The notes: a model not told the origin generated them from the sequence alone. A stretch of 33,713 nucleotides of DNA from Halalkalibaculum sp. (GCA_035269475.1 DATFJD010000175.1:1-33713); one strand, 5' to 3'; shown: positions 18,700-27,208, numbered from the stretch's first letter. Translations and numbers: made by a program.

Positions 18700-18701
18700 T
18701 T

Positions 18702-19961
18702 ATGTCAGGCTGTTACACAGAGTTACACCAAGGAGACACTGAGTTTTCCAGAGAAGTGCTTTTTGGCTCTTTGCGTCTTCTCTATGCTTCTTTATGCAAT
18801 AGTTTAAGTTACGCAGGCCTGATAACTGCTATAATACTTATAAGCAGTTACACCATTGAAGCACAGGATAATAGCAAATTTGACGTTGAACTTGGCGGTT
18901 ACATAAAGGAACTCGGGCAACTCTCGGCAAGCAATGATTTTTCCGATCTCCGCTATGATAACATCCTCCATCACAGGCTGGAATCTGACTGGACTATATC
19001 CGAGCATCTCGAATTCCGGGCAGACATACGCAACCGCCTTATATCGGGTTATACCATCAAGAATACTCCCGGCATTGAGCAGTTCTACGAACTGGATCCC
19101 AACTATCTTGACCTTACCAAGGTATGGTTCGATACCGACTACTCAATCTTGCAGTCACATATAGACAGGCTGCATGTCAGCTATATCAACGGCCCCTGGG
19201 AGGTGCATGCCGGGCGGCAGCGTGTAAACTGGGGAAGAACCTTCGTGTGGAATCCCAATGACCTGTTTAACAATTACGCATTTCTTGATTTTGACTATGA
19301 AGAACGGCCCGGGGTCGATGCCCTAATTGGCCGGTACAGCTGGAGCTATGCATCGGCCGTTGAAGCCGGTATCCGTATAGGTGATACCTGGGAGGAAACA
19401 GTCATTGGCGGCATGCTCAGAACCAGCCTGGGAAGCTATGACCTACAATTTATAGGAGGCCATTATCTGGATAAGCTGGCTCTCGGGGCGGGCTGGGCAG
19501 GATACCTGGAGGGTGCCGGTTTCAAGGGCGAGGTCACTTATTTCCACCCCGAAGATCAATTTTTCAAAAAAAGCGGCCATTTTACCGCCACGGCCGGTTT
19601 TGATTATATGCTCAATAATGGCTTGTACCTTCAAAGTGAACTCCTTTATAATGGCGGTTACAACCGTGGCGCCAATCCGCTTGACCGGCTGGTTCGCCCT
19701 CCCTCGGCTGACAACCTTTTTATCGCCACATCCGGTTTTCTGCTCAACGGTTCCTACCAGATTCATCCCCTGCTAAGCGGCAATTTCAGCTTCCTCGGCA
19801 GTTTTGACCGCTCAATCTTTATTGCCATACCGCAAATAAGCGTGTCCGTTTCAGAAAATGTTGATCTTCTGCTTCTATCCCAGCTTTTAAAGGGATCTGT
19901 ATTCAGACAAGCCGTCGAAACACCAAACCTGTTCTATTTCAGGCTTAAGTATTCTTATTAA
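18702..19961 (+). CDS. Probable outer-membrane beta-barrel protein of the ABC operon
   Basis: Signal-like hydrophobic stretch ending TIEA-Q; IDRLHVSY, GRQRVNWG, WNPNDLFN and ERPGVDA motifs; C-terminal RLKYSY. Start uncertain because a repeat occupies the N-terminus. Confidence 0.8.
   Translation: MSGCYTELHQGDTEFSREVLFGSLRLLYASLCNSLSYAGLITAIILISSYTIEAQDNSKFDVELGGYIKELGQLSASNDFSDLRYDNILHHRLESDWTISEHLEFRADIRNRLISGYTIKNTPGIEQFYELDPNYLDLTKVWFDTDYSILQSHIDRLHVSYINGPWEVHAGRQRVNWGRTFVWNPNDLFNNYAFLDFDYEERPGVDALIGRYSWSYASAVEAGIRIGDTWEETVIGGMLRTSLGSYDLQFIGGHYLDKLALGAGWAGYLEGAGFKGEVTYFHPEDQFFKKSGHFTATAGFDYMLNNGLYLQSELLYNGGYNRGANPLDRLVRPPSADNLFIATSGFLLNGSYQIHPLLSGNFSFLGSFDRSIFIAIPQISVSVSENVDLLLLSQLLKGSVFRQAVETPNLFYFRLKYSY
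18710..18802. repeat. Tandem-inverted decamer repeat element inside the 5' end of ORF 18702-19961
   Basis: Left TTACACAGAG TTACACCAAG GAGACACTGAG TTTTCCAGAG; right CTTTGCGTCTT CTCTATGCTT CTTTATGCAA TAG. CTTTATGCAA is identical to 9411-9420. Confidence 0.75.
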
Positions 19962-20068
19962 CAGTGTATCAGTTGTCAGGCTGACGCTTTTCAGGATTCC
20001 AGTCAAGTTTTTTTATGAAATTCTGACTCTTGACTCCTGAATTCCCAACTGTTCACTGATCACTGAAA
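19962..20068. repeat. Empty tandem-inverted repeat element of the CAGT family
   Basis: CAGTGTAT CAGTTGT CAGG right after TAA; inner TCAGGA..AGTCAAG / CTTGACTCCTGA; right CCAACTG TTCACTG ATCACTG AAA. Confidence 0.75.
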
Positions 20069-20114
20069 TGCTTACTTTCAGCACAGTTCCATATTAACAC
20101 CGGAAAAGAACATC

Positions 20115-20834
20115 ATGCTAGTTATCCCCGCAATTGATCTCCTCGACGGCAATGTAGTACGCCTGCAAAAAGGAGACTATGAAAAAGTAACCGTATACAA
20201 CGATAGTCCTGTGGCAGAAGCCCGAAAGTTTAAGGAGGCCGGCTTCGGCTATATCCATGTTGTAGATTTAAACGGCGCAAAAGAGGGCTCGTTCGTAAAC
20301 CTGAACGTCATAAAAAATATCATCTCAGAAACCGGACTATCTATTCAGACCGGCGGCGGCATACGCACTTTTGAGGATGGTAAAATGCTGCTCAAAAATG
20401 GCATTGAGCGAGTGATATGCAGTTCCATGGCGGTAAAAAATACCGGTGACTGGTACCGCCTGGTTGAAGCTTACCAAGACCGCGCCGTTTTGGGTATGGA
20501 CCTTAAAGACGGGCAAGTAGCCTATAGCGGCTGGCTGGAAACCTCCGATCAGTCGATAAGCAGTTTTCTGGAGCCGATGACCGATCGCGGATTGAAAACC
20601 GTGCTCAGCACTGACATATCAAGGGATGGCATGCTGTCCGGGCCTAACCTGGAACTATATAAGGACCTGCAAAATCAATTCCCCGAACTGCACTTCATCG
20701 CTTCGGGGGGCGTCAGCAATGCCGAAGACCTTAAAGAGTTGGAAGCGCTGGATCTATATGGCGTGGTAGTCGGCCGGGCCTATTACGAAGACCGGTTAAC
20801 GCTCGAGGAAATGACCAACTACCATACACCCTGA
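20115..20834 (+). CDS. hisA: ProFAR isomerase
   Basis: VIPAIDL, VVRLQKGDY, HVVDLNGA, QTGGGIR, TDISRDGMLSGPN, IASGGV. Confidence 0.96.
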   Translation: MLVIPAIDLLDGNVVRLQKGDYEKVTVYNDSPVAEARKFKEAGFGYIHVVDLNGAKEGSFVNLNVIKNIISETGLSIQTGGGIRTFEDGKMLLKNGIERVICSSMAVKNTGDWYRLVEAYQDRAVLGMDLKDGQVAYSGWLETSDQSISSFLEPMTDRGLKTVLSTDISRDGMLSGPNLELYKDLQNQFPELHFIASGGVSNAEDLKELEALDLYGVVVGRAYYEDRLTLEEMTNYHTP

Positions 20835-20850
20835 TTACTACCGGGGAATC

Positions 20851-21432
20851 CTAAAGATAAAAATTGAAGCCAAAGTGCAGGGCCTGGTAAAAATCGGCAT
20901 CATCATTGGCAGCCATATCCGCTTCCAGCACAAAATTGGTATTACTCCCCAGCGGTATGTCAAAGCCGACCGGTATGAGAAGCGGAGTCAGTTCATTGGG
21001 TTCGGAAAACAGCGGTTCAAACAACAGGCCCGAATAAAGGCTGATATCCCCGATCTTTTTGCTCAGCACCCCTCCTATTTTCAGTCCCAAATCTCCGAAA
21101 GCGTAAACGCCACCGATTAAAGAAAACGAAATTGGGTCAGAAGGTTCACCCGATAATTGATATTTAAAATGCCCGCCGAAATAGGTTTCATCCCTCAGCA
21201 AACCCACTTTAGCATGCATGCTAAGGCCCGGGTTTACCCCATAAGCCCCTCGCAGGTAAAGCATCAATTCATTATCAAGGTCCGTATAAATGGCCGGCTG
21301 CACACCCAGAGAGGCGGTTCCCTGCCTCAGCGTCTGTGCATCCGAGAAAAAACCGTCCTGGGAATATGCGCTGGTAAAGCCGGCAAAGAAGAGGATGCAT
21401 GCCGTTGCTGTGGCAACAAAAATCTTGTTCAT
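20851..21432 (-). CDS. Small outer-membrane beta-barrel-like protein
   Basis: Signal peptide (AYS-Q), alternating hydrophobic strands, C-terminal HFGFNFYL. Confidence 0.7.
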   Translation of the reverse strand: MNKIFVATATACILFFAGFTSAYSQDGFFSDAQTLRQGTASLGVQPAIYTDLDNELMLYLRGAYGVNPGLSMHAKVGLLRDETYFGGHFKYQLSGEPSDPISFSLIGGVYAFGDLGLKIGGVLSKKIGDISLYSGLLFEPLFSEPNELTPLLIPVGFDIPLGSNTNFVLEADMAANDDADFYQALHFGFNFYL

Positions 21433-21523
21433 ACTTCTATATTAATTCAACCTTCGTTTCCATCAATTGAATATAAATGCGCTTGGGATGTTCCCTTACC
21501 GGGTAAAATACCGGCAGGAGTAA

Positions 21524-22018
21524 TTAGCGGCCGAAATCATCCTGCACGCGCACGATATCATCTTCATCAGAAGGGTTAGCTGCATCGGTATGCTGCCAGA
21601 TCTCGGCCAGCACGCCCCAGTCGTCGAGACCGACCAGCCGGTGGCGTTCGCCCTGCTTCAACCTGATAGAGTCTCCTTTTTCATAGGTTTCCAGCGGACC
21701 CTCTTCATCCGTTTCGCTCCTGATAACACCCACCGGCCCGGAAAGCACTTCCCAGATTTCAGCACGGCGATGATGGTACTGCCAGGAGAGCCTCTTGCCG
21801 GGCTGAACCACAAGAATCTTTGGGCTCAGCTTTCCTGAGATCTTCAGCTCATCAGCCGACACATTATCGAAATAGCTCTTAGCAAATTCGGATGCCTGGC
21901 TCTCATCAATAACAAAAAATCCTCCCCATGGCCGTTCATGATCCTTGTCAACGATGGTAAATCCCTTCTCCTTTATTTGCTCTTCTACTTTTTTGAAAAC
22001 CTCTTCCTTCGATTGCAT
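21524..22018 (-). CDS. Cupin protein, mannose-6-phosphate isomerase type II C-terminal-like
   Basis: RPWGGF, KILVVQPGKRLSWQYHHRRAEIW, GERHRL, EDDIVRVQDDFGR. Confidence 0.88.
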   Translation of the reverse strand: MQSKEEVFKKVEEQIKEKGFTIVDKDHERPWGGFFVIDESQASEFAKSYFDNVSADELKISGKLSPKILVVQPGKRLSWQYHHRRAEIWEVLSGPVGVIRSETDEEGPLETYEKGDSIRLKQGERHRLVGLDDWGVLAEIWQHTDAANPSDEDDIVRVQDDFGR

Positions 22019-22372
22019 TAGGCTCCTCAGAATAATCTATTTTTTGTGACTGTTTGAAGAGCTGAAACTACGAATATACCCGAACAGTGTAAATTCAGAA
22101 TGGTACTTTCCCGGGAGTTCATCACCTTGGTAAAAAGATAGAGAGTGGCTAAAGAGTGAACAGGCCAATTAAGAATATGGTAACGGCCTGCAAATGGCCT
22201 TTAATGCAATACGATATTGTAAGTGAAACAGTAGCCGGTAGCACGATCGATAGCCTGATTCAAATCGCACAATGCATACTGTCCATAGCCATAGAGAACG
22301 GTTACTTCATTACAAAACTGAATACACGAGCGAATTTAACTTAAGTTCATATGCTCAAGATCATTCAGCTTT

Positions 22373-23161
22373 TCACCCATTTTTAACACTGTTAATGTAA
22401 TTTTCAATATGCTTATTGGTTTTCTGCGCCTTTTTAAATGAGTTGGGGGATTGAGTATTTTTTCTGGTGGTGCGTTTTTGCTGAGCCGGACCTGAGGAGC
22501 TCTTACCGTTTCCATTGCCGTTTGTAAAGGTGCCGGCGGTATTGATAACGGGAGCGGACCTGGAGCCGGATCTGGACCTCGAACCGGAGCTGGAACCGGT
22601 ACTCAAACTCGGGCTTGTGGCCGGCTTCGTTTCCGAAACAGGTTTGGTCAGCTTATTGGAACCTGCATAAATGCGCTCGCTCAGTTTGCGTTCCAGCCTG
22701 TTAAAGTAGGAACCCTGTCCTTTCTGTCGTGCAAAACGCAGTACCAGGCTGATCATGTACAATGACCCAAAAGAGAGGAATGCTGCAAAGAATGTCGAAA
22801 ATGGCTGATTGGCAAGGTTGCCCATTACCGTTTGAAAGTAGACTATGCCTCCATCCAAATAAGCAAACACATCGTTTACCGCATTCACCCCGTGTTTTGC
22901 ATTAAAAGCGTTGGTACTCATAACGTTAAAGTCGTGAATCATGGCAGCGATTCCCGAAACCTCACCGGCCTTTTCAAAAAATCCGCGCAGTGTTGGAGAA
23001 ATAGAAGTAAAACCCATTCCCAGTTTGGTGCCAAAACTCCCGTTTGTTGCTAATACTACCCCGGTAACCACAAATGCAGAAAGTTTAATACAATACTCAA
23101 GAAAAAAGAGGAACCCTTTTCCGGCTACTTTTCCAATACGTTCCCAGTTAATGACTGTCAT
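22373..23161 (-). CDS. Hypothetical membrane protein with S/G/K/N-rich disordered tail; paralogue of 23314-23829
   Basis: Two hydrophobic segments; shared motifs with the neighbour, e.g. RFARQKGQGS. Confidence 0.8.
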   Translation of the reverse strand: MTVINWERIGKVAGKGFLFFLEYCIKLSAFVVTGVVLATNGSFGTKLGMGFTSISPTLRGFFEKAGEVSGIAAMIHDFNVMSTNAFNAKHGVNAVNDVFAYLDGGIVYFQTVMGNLANQPFSTFFAAFLSFGSLYMISLVLRFARQKGQGSYFNRLERKLSERIYAGSNKLTKPVSETKPATSPSLSTGSSSGSRSRSGSRSAPVINTAGTFTNGNGNGKSSSGPAQQKRTTRKNTQSPNSFKKAQKTNKHIENYINSVKNG

Positions 23162-23313
23162 AATAAATTGCGTTGATTATAGGTGATAATTCAGTCTGTA
23201 AATGATGTAATACCGCTTCCGATGAATTGACTTGGTATTAACTAAGACCTCTTGGGAAGGCAAATGTTACATTTTTTTAACACTTAATCCCTCGATGACG
23301 CAAGCATATACTG

Positions 23314-23829
23314 TTACTCAGGATGGGAAGAGAATACTTTATCGCCTGCTTTTCGCTCCATTCTGTCTATGACGGATCCCTGTCCCCGCTGTCGAACGAA
23401 CCGTATCAACCTGCTGGAAAGGTAGAGCAGCATAAAAACAAAAAGGGCTGCCAGAACAGTACTGACAGGTTCGGCTGATAAATTCTGATAAACATTTTGC
23501 AGATATGACACCCCTTCGTTGAGATACTGCATAACATAATTGATGGCGTCTCCCCCATACTTCTCATTGAATGCGGCCGCAGTAAGCGAGTTATAGTCAT
23601 TGATAACCCGGGTTACGTAATCCGTGCTGTCTAGAGTGCGTACCAGTTCTCGAATCTTCTCAGGAAGAGAGCCGAAACCGGAGCTTACCTTCGAGAGGAA
23701 ACTGCCCGGGTCGCCGAGACTGATTGCTGCTGCAACCGGGGCCAGTATCTTAAAAACCATTTCAATGATCCAGAGCAATGCACTTGAGCCTGCACGGCCT
23801 GTCTTTTTTAAAACCTGTTGATCCGCCAT
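23314..23829 (-). CDS. Hypothetical membrane protein; paralogue of 22373-23161
   Basis: Two hydrophobic segments; RFVRQRGQGS motif. Confidence 0.8.
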   Translation of the reverse strand: MADQQVLKKTGRAGSSALLWIIEMVFKILAPVAAAISLGDPGSFLSKVSSGFGSLPEKIRELVRTLDSTDYVTRVINDYNSLTAAAFNEKYGGDAINYVMQYLNEGVSYLQNVYQNLSAEPVSTVLAALFVFMLLYLSSRLIRFVRQRGQGSVIDRMERKAGDKVFSSHPE

Positions 23830-23926
23830 ATCGATAACATTTCAATGTTCTATTGGGATAAGGGTATTTAGGTCACCAATGATAGTACCAATATATTAAA
23901 ACATTGAGCATTATTATGTTAGCCAT

Positions 23927-23960
23927 AAAAAAAGGCTGCAGGGATGAACCTGCAGCCTTT
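23927..23960 (-). terminator. Intrinsic terminator after the CPxCG micro-protein gene
   Basis: AAAGGCTGCAGG / CCTGCAGCCTTT 12-bp stem, 6-nt loop; A7 run at 23927-23933 gives a U tail on the minus strand. Confidence 0.88.
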
Positions 23961-23985
23961 AAAATCTAATCGATGTGAAAATGTC

Positions 23986-24090
23986 TTAGTTATCTTTTCT
24001 CAGACAGTCGTCTTTTGGGGGTTCCTTGTGACATGGTTCTACTGCTGTTGCTCCGCATTGCGGGCATTCAACAGGATCTGTTTCTTTCAT
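23986..24090 (-). CDS. 34-aa CPxCG cysteine-rich micro-protein (putative zinc finger)
   Basis: MKETDPVECPQCGATAVEPCHKEPPKDDCLRKDN; SD GAGGTGA 5 nt upstream of ATG; terminator 25 nt after the stop. Confidence 0.8.
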   Translation of the reverse strand: MKETDPVECPQCGATAVEPCHKEPPKDDCLRKDN

Positions 24091-24240
24091 ATTAATCACC
24101 TCGCGTAATTTTCTTAACGAGAACCTTTAAAATATGATTATCCGGTAAACATCTGAAATAACAGGATCAGTTTATAACTGTTTTAAATTGATTGATTACA
24201 ATTCTTATTTTAATACTCATGAATTTTAAAAGTATATGGG

Positions 24241-24248
24241 TATATTTG
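24241..24248 (+). promoter_or_regulatory. Candidate promoter element for hisF-hisIE
   Basis: TATATTTG (matches the Bacteroidota-type TAnnTTTG -7 box) 24 nt before hisF in an AT-rich divergent intergenic region. Confidence 0.4.
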
Positions 24249-24272
24249 CTACCCACTTAACTAAGTAAATCC

Positions 24273-25040
24273 ATGCTTGCAAAACGAATCATTCCCTGCC
24301 TTGATATTAAAGGCGGAAGAACGGTAAAGGGAGTAAATTTTGAGGACCTGAGAGATGCCGGGGATCCGGTTGAACTGGCAAAACGCTATTCCGGCGAAGG
24401 TGCCGATGAGCTGGTATTTCTGGACATCACGGCCACCAAGGAAAAGCGCAAAACCCTGGTAGAACTCGTGAGCCGGATAGCCCGTGAAATTAATATACCT
24501 TTTACCGTCGGCGGAGGCATTAAAACAGTAGATGAAATTGAAGACCTGCTGCATGCCGGTGCGGATAAAGTTTCGCTTAACAGTGCTATTGTCAAGGATC
24601 CGGATCTTATTAACCGCGCATCCGAGGCATTCGGTTCACAATGTATTGTTGCCGCAGTTGATGCCAAGAGGTCCGGCGACAGCTGGTCGGTATTTATCAA
24701 GGGAGGAACCGAAGATACCGGCATCGATGCCCTGGAGTGGATATCGGAAGTGGAACGCCGGGGAGCCGGAGAAATTCTGCTAACCAGCATGGATCGGGAT
24801 GGCACCAAAGAAGGCTTTGACATAGAGCTGCTTAGAAAGGTGAACGACCGGGTTCATATTCCGGTCATTGCCAGCGGCGGTGCGGGAAATATTGAACACT
24901 GCATCGAAGCTGTTAAAGACGGCGGTGCGGATGCCGTCCTAGCAGCCAGCATTTTCCATTTCAAGGAAGTGGAAATCAAGAATCTTAAAGAAAGATTTAA
25001 GGATCAATCGATACCGGTTCGCCTGGGCAACCACAACTGA
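24273..25040 (+). CDS. hisF: Imidazole glycerol phosphate synthase, cyclase subunit
   Basis: [56 protein letters not shown]. Confidence 0.98.
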   Translation: MLAKRIIPCLDIKGGRTVKGVNFEDLRDAGDPVELAKRYSGEGADELVFLDITATKEKRKTLVELVSRIAREINIPFTVGGGIKTVDEIEDLLHAGADKVSLNSAIVKDPDLINRASEAFGSQCIVAAVDAKRSGDSWSVFIKGGTEDTGIDALEWISEVERRGAGEILLTSMDRDGTKEGFDIELLRKVNDRVHIPVIASGGAGNIEHCIEAVKDGGADAVLAASIFHFKEVEIKNLKERFKDQSIPVRLGNHN

Positions 25041-25065
25041 ATTTTCGAAATTATTTGAGCAAGAA

Positions 25066-25707
25066 ATGGATATAAACAGTTTAGATTTTAAAAAAGGCGA
25101 CGGCCTCATTCCCGCAATTGTACAAGACGCAAAAACATACCGGGTGCTGATGCTGGGTTACATGAACGAAGATGCCGTGAAGCAGACCCTGGAAGATGAG
25201 CTGGTGACTTTTTTCAGCCGCAGCAAGGGACGCTTATGGACCAAGGGCGAGACCTCCGGCAACACCCTTCAGCTGGTGGACATGCAAGCCGACTGCGACA
25301 ACGACTCTATCCTGGTGCTGGCCAATCCAAACGGACCTACCTGCCATACCGGTGAAACATCCTGTTTCCATGAAAAGAAGTTTAAACCCAAAAAGCATAA
25401 ACTTGACTTCCTGCTCGACCTCGAAGCACTGATTTACGATCGCAAAGCGGAAATGCCCGACGGCTCCTACACAACTTACCTGTTCGATAAAGGCATCGAT
25501 AAAATTGCTCAAAAAGTAGGTGAAGAGGCCGTGGAAACCGTTATTGAATCAAAGAATAACAAGAAGAAAAAACTGGTGGGTGAGGTGGCCGACCTGCTAT
25601 TTCACCTGATGGTGCTGATGGCCGAGAAGGAGGTTTCCATAAAAAAAGTGGTGAAAAAGCTGAAAAAGCGGCACAAGAAAGGAAACCACAAACACTTGGG
25701 GGAGTAG
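25066..25707 (+). CDS. hisIE: Bifunctional phosphoribosyl-AMP cyclohydrolase / phosphoribosyl-ATP pyrophosphatase
   Basis: LWTKGETSGN, DCDND, PTCHTGETSCF, SYT, KVGEEAVE, ADLLFH. Confidence 0.97.
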   Translation: MDINSLDFKKGDGLIPAIVQDAKTYRVLMLGYMNEDAVKQTLEDELVTFFSRSKGRLWTKGETSGNTLQLVDMQADCDNDSILVLANPNGPTCHTGETSCFHEKKFKPKKHKLDFLLDLEALIYDRKAEMPDGSYTTYLFDKGIDKIAQKVGEEAVETVIESKNNKKKKLVGEVADLLFHLMVLMAEKEVSIKKVVKKLKKRHKKGNHKHLGE

Positions 25708-25711
25708 GTAG

Positions 25712-25998
25712 GAGGGATTGAGGGACTGAGGGATTGAGGGGTTGAGGGATTGATTTACTGATTTACTGAGGGATGGTATGGCAACCTATGCATTTTTTGG
25801 CAGCACCATTACCTCTGTTTCCACCGCTCTGCTGAGGAAACTAAGGGACAAAAAGTTGCCAAGCGCGAAAGCTTAACACAGCAAGTTGCTAAAAAAAGAG
25901 CGCCAACTTATTTCTATAGCAAAACTACTGAAATGGGAATTACCTCACCAACTCAGTAAATCAGTAAATCAATCCCTCAATCCCCCAATCCCTTCCTA
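25712..25998. repeat. Tandem-inverted octamer repeat element (GAGGGATT/GATTTACT) with ~180-nt spacer
   Basis: Eight octamers at 25712-25775; inverted array at 25952-25998; 25742-25770 and 25952-25980 are a perfect 29-bp inverted repeat. Confidence 0.9.
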
Positions 25999-26000
25999 AA

Positions 26001-26996
26001 TCAGTTCCTAAACACTTCCTTCGGCATGTGCATGGTTACCAGCATGTGGGGCACATCCACTACTTCTGCTATTTTAAGATCTCCGGCCAGGGAACAAAGC
26101 GCATAGGCATCATTGCGGTTCATGCCGTGTTCGGCTACCAGGTAATCAATCATGTACCGGGTTGCTTTCTTTGCTGCTTCATCAATGGTTTCTCCAAAGC
26201 CGGTAACCGCATAATAGTCTTCTGTCTCGTACTGTGGCTCCTCAAAACTCCTTCCTCCCTTAATGACTTCCACTTCGTACACTATATTCATCGGTGCTTC
26301 AATAGCGGTTCCGCAGACTTCCCCGGCGCCCTGTGTAGCGTGGGCATCACCGATCGAAAACAAGGCTCCTTCAACAAATACCGGGAAATAGACCACGGTG
26401 CCTTCGGTCATATTGGGGTCATCCATATTTCCGCCATTTGCCCTGGGTGGAATTGTTGAAAGCATGGAGTCGGTAGCCGGAGCCACGCCCATTACACCCG
26501 GGAATGGCTTAAGCGGTATATTAATGCCCTCTGAAAACTTTACCGATTTTTTATCTTTACCCAGTTCAAAGGTTTTCAGATATGGTTCCGTAAACTCATC
26601 GGCCAGGAAGCCGAATCCGGGAACAATAGCCGTCCAGCCCCAGTCGCCCATTTCAACTTTATGGAGGGTGACCTTCAAAACATCCCCGGGCTGCGCATTT
26701 TCTACATACACAGGACCGGTAAGCGGGTGGATGGGATCGAAGCTTATATTTTTCAGATCTTCAAGGGTTGAATTTACATTTAACTGCCGGTCGGATGCCT
26801 CTTCGGTCCCCGCCTCGATGATCGAGCCCGAGGGCACCCTGATCACCGGCTCTATGGCACTGCTCCAGCGGTTATGCGTTTGATCGCTGGTCAGTGTAAA
26901 ATCAGCTTCCGGAACCGTACGTTGTTCTCCCTGCTGCTCCTTGACGGTACAGCCGGCTATCAATAGAAATCCCAAACCATAGATAAGTTTTTTCAT
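26001..26996 (-). CDS. Acetamidase/formamidase family lipoprotein
   Basis: Lipobox IAGC; HPLTGPVYVENAQPGD, GGNMD, GDAHATQGAGEVCGTAIE; SD AGGAGG. Confidence 0.92.
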   Translation of the reverse strand: MKKLIYGLGFLLIAGCTVKEQQGEQRTVPEADFTLTSDQTHNRWSSAIEPVIRVPSGSIIEAGTEEASDRQLNVNSTLEDLKNISFDPIHPLTGPVYVENAQPGDVLKVTLHKVEMGDWGWTAIVPGFGFLADEFTEPYLKTFELGKDKKSVKFSEGINIPLKPFPGVMGVAPATDSMLSTIPPRANGGNMDDPNMTEGTVVYFPVFVEGALFSIGDAHATQGAGEVCGTAIEAPMNIVYEVEVIKGGRSFEEPQYETEDYYAVTGFGETIDEAAKKATRYMIDYLVAEHGMNRNDAYALCSLAGDLKIAEVVDVPHMLVTMHMPKEVFRN

Positions 26997-27036
26997 ATCT
27001 CCTCCTGTTTAATTGTTTAATATACTACTTCAGGCT

Positions 27037-27145
27037 CTTTCAAGCGTCCACGCTTGAAAGTAAAGGTGCAAAACGTGGATGCTTCTTCCCCACCCCTAAT
27101 TCTGATCTAGAACTTTCTCGATCAGAATTAGCATCTCCCGGGAGG
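27037..27145. repeat. Cluster of REP-like hairpins between the OPT and acetamidase genes
   Basis: CTTTCAAGCG-TCCA-CGCTTGAAAG (27037-27060); degenerate inverted copy AAACGTGGATGCTT; CTAATTCTGATC / GATCAGAATTAG (27096-27131); CTCCCGGGAG. Confidence 0.65.
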
Positions 27146-27208
27146 TAACTCTTCCATAGAGACTGATCGGTGATTCAAAATATATTATTTCAAAAGTGTT
27201 TTCCCTGT

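Noticed and set aside
22156-22344. 62-aa + strand ORF
   Set aside because: GTG start, no motif or supporting signals; cannot be supported, though not excluded.
22550-22605. GGANCY-type hexamer repeats
   Set aside because: Codon-level repeat of the Ser/Gly/Arg low-complexity tail; no inverted partner.
25640-25707. Very basic His-containing C-terminus of HisIE as a regulatory feature
   Set aside because: Short variable tail; no evidence beyond composition.
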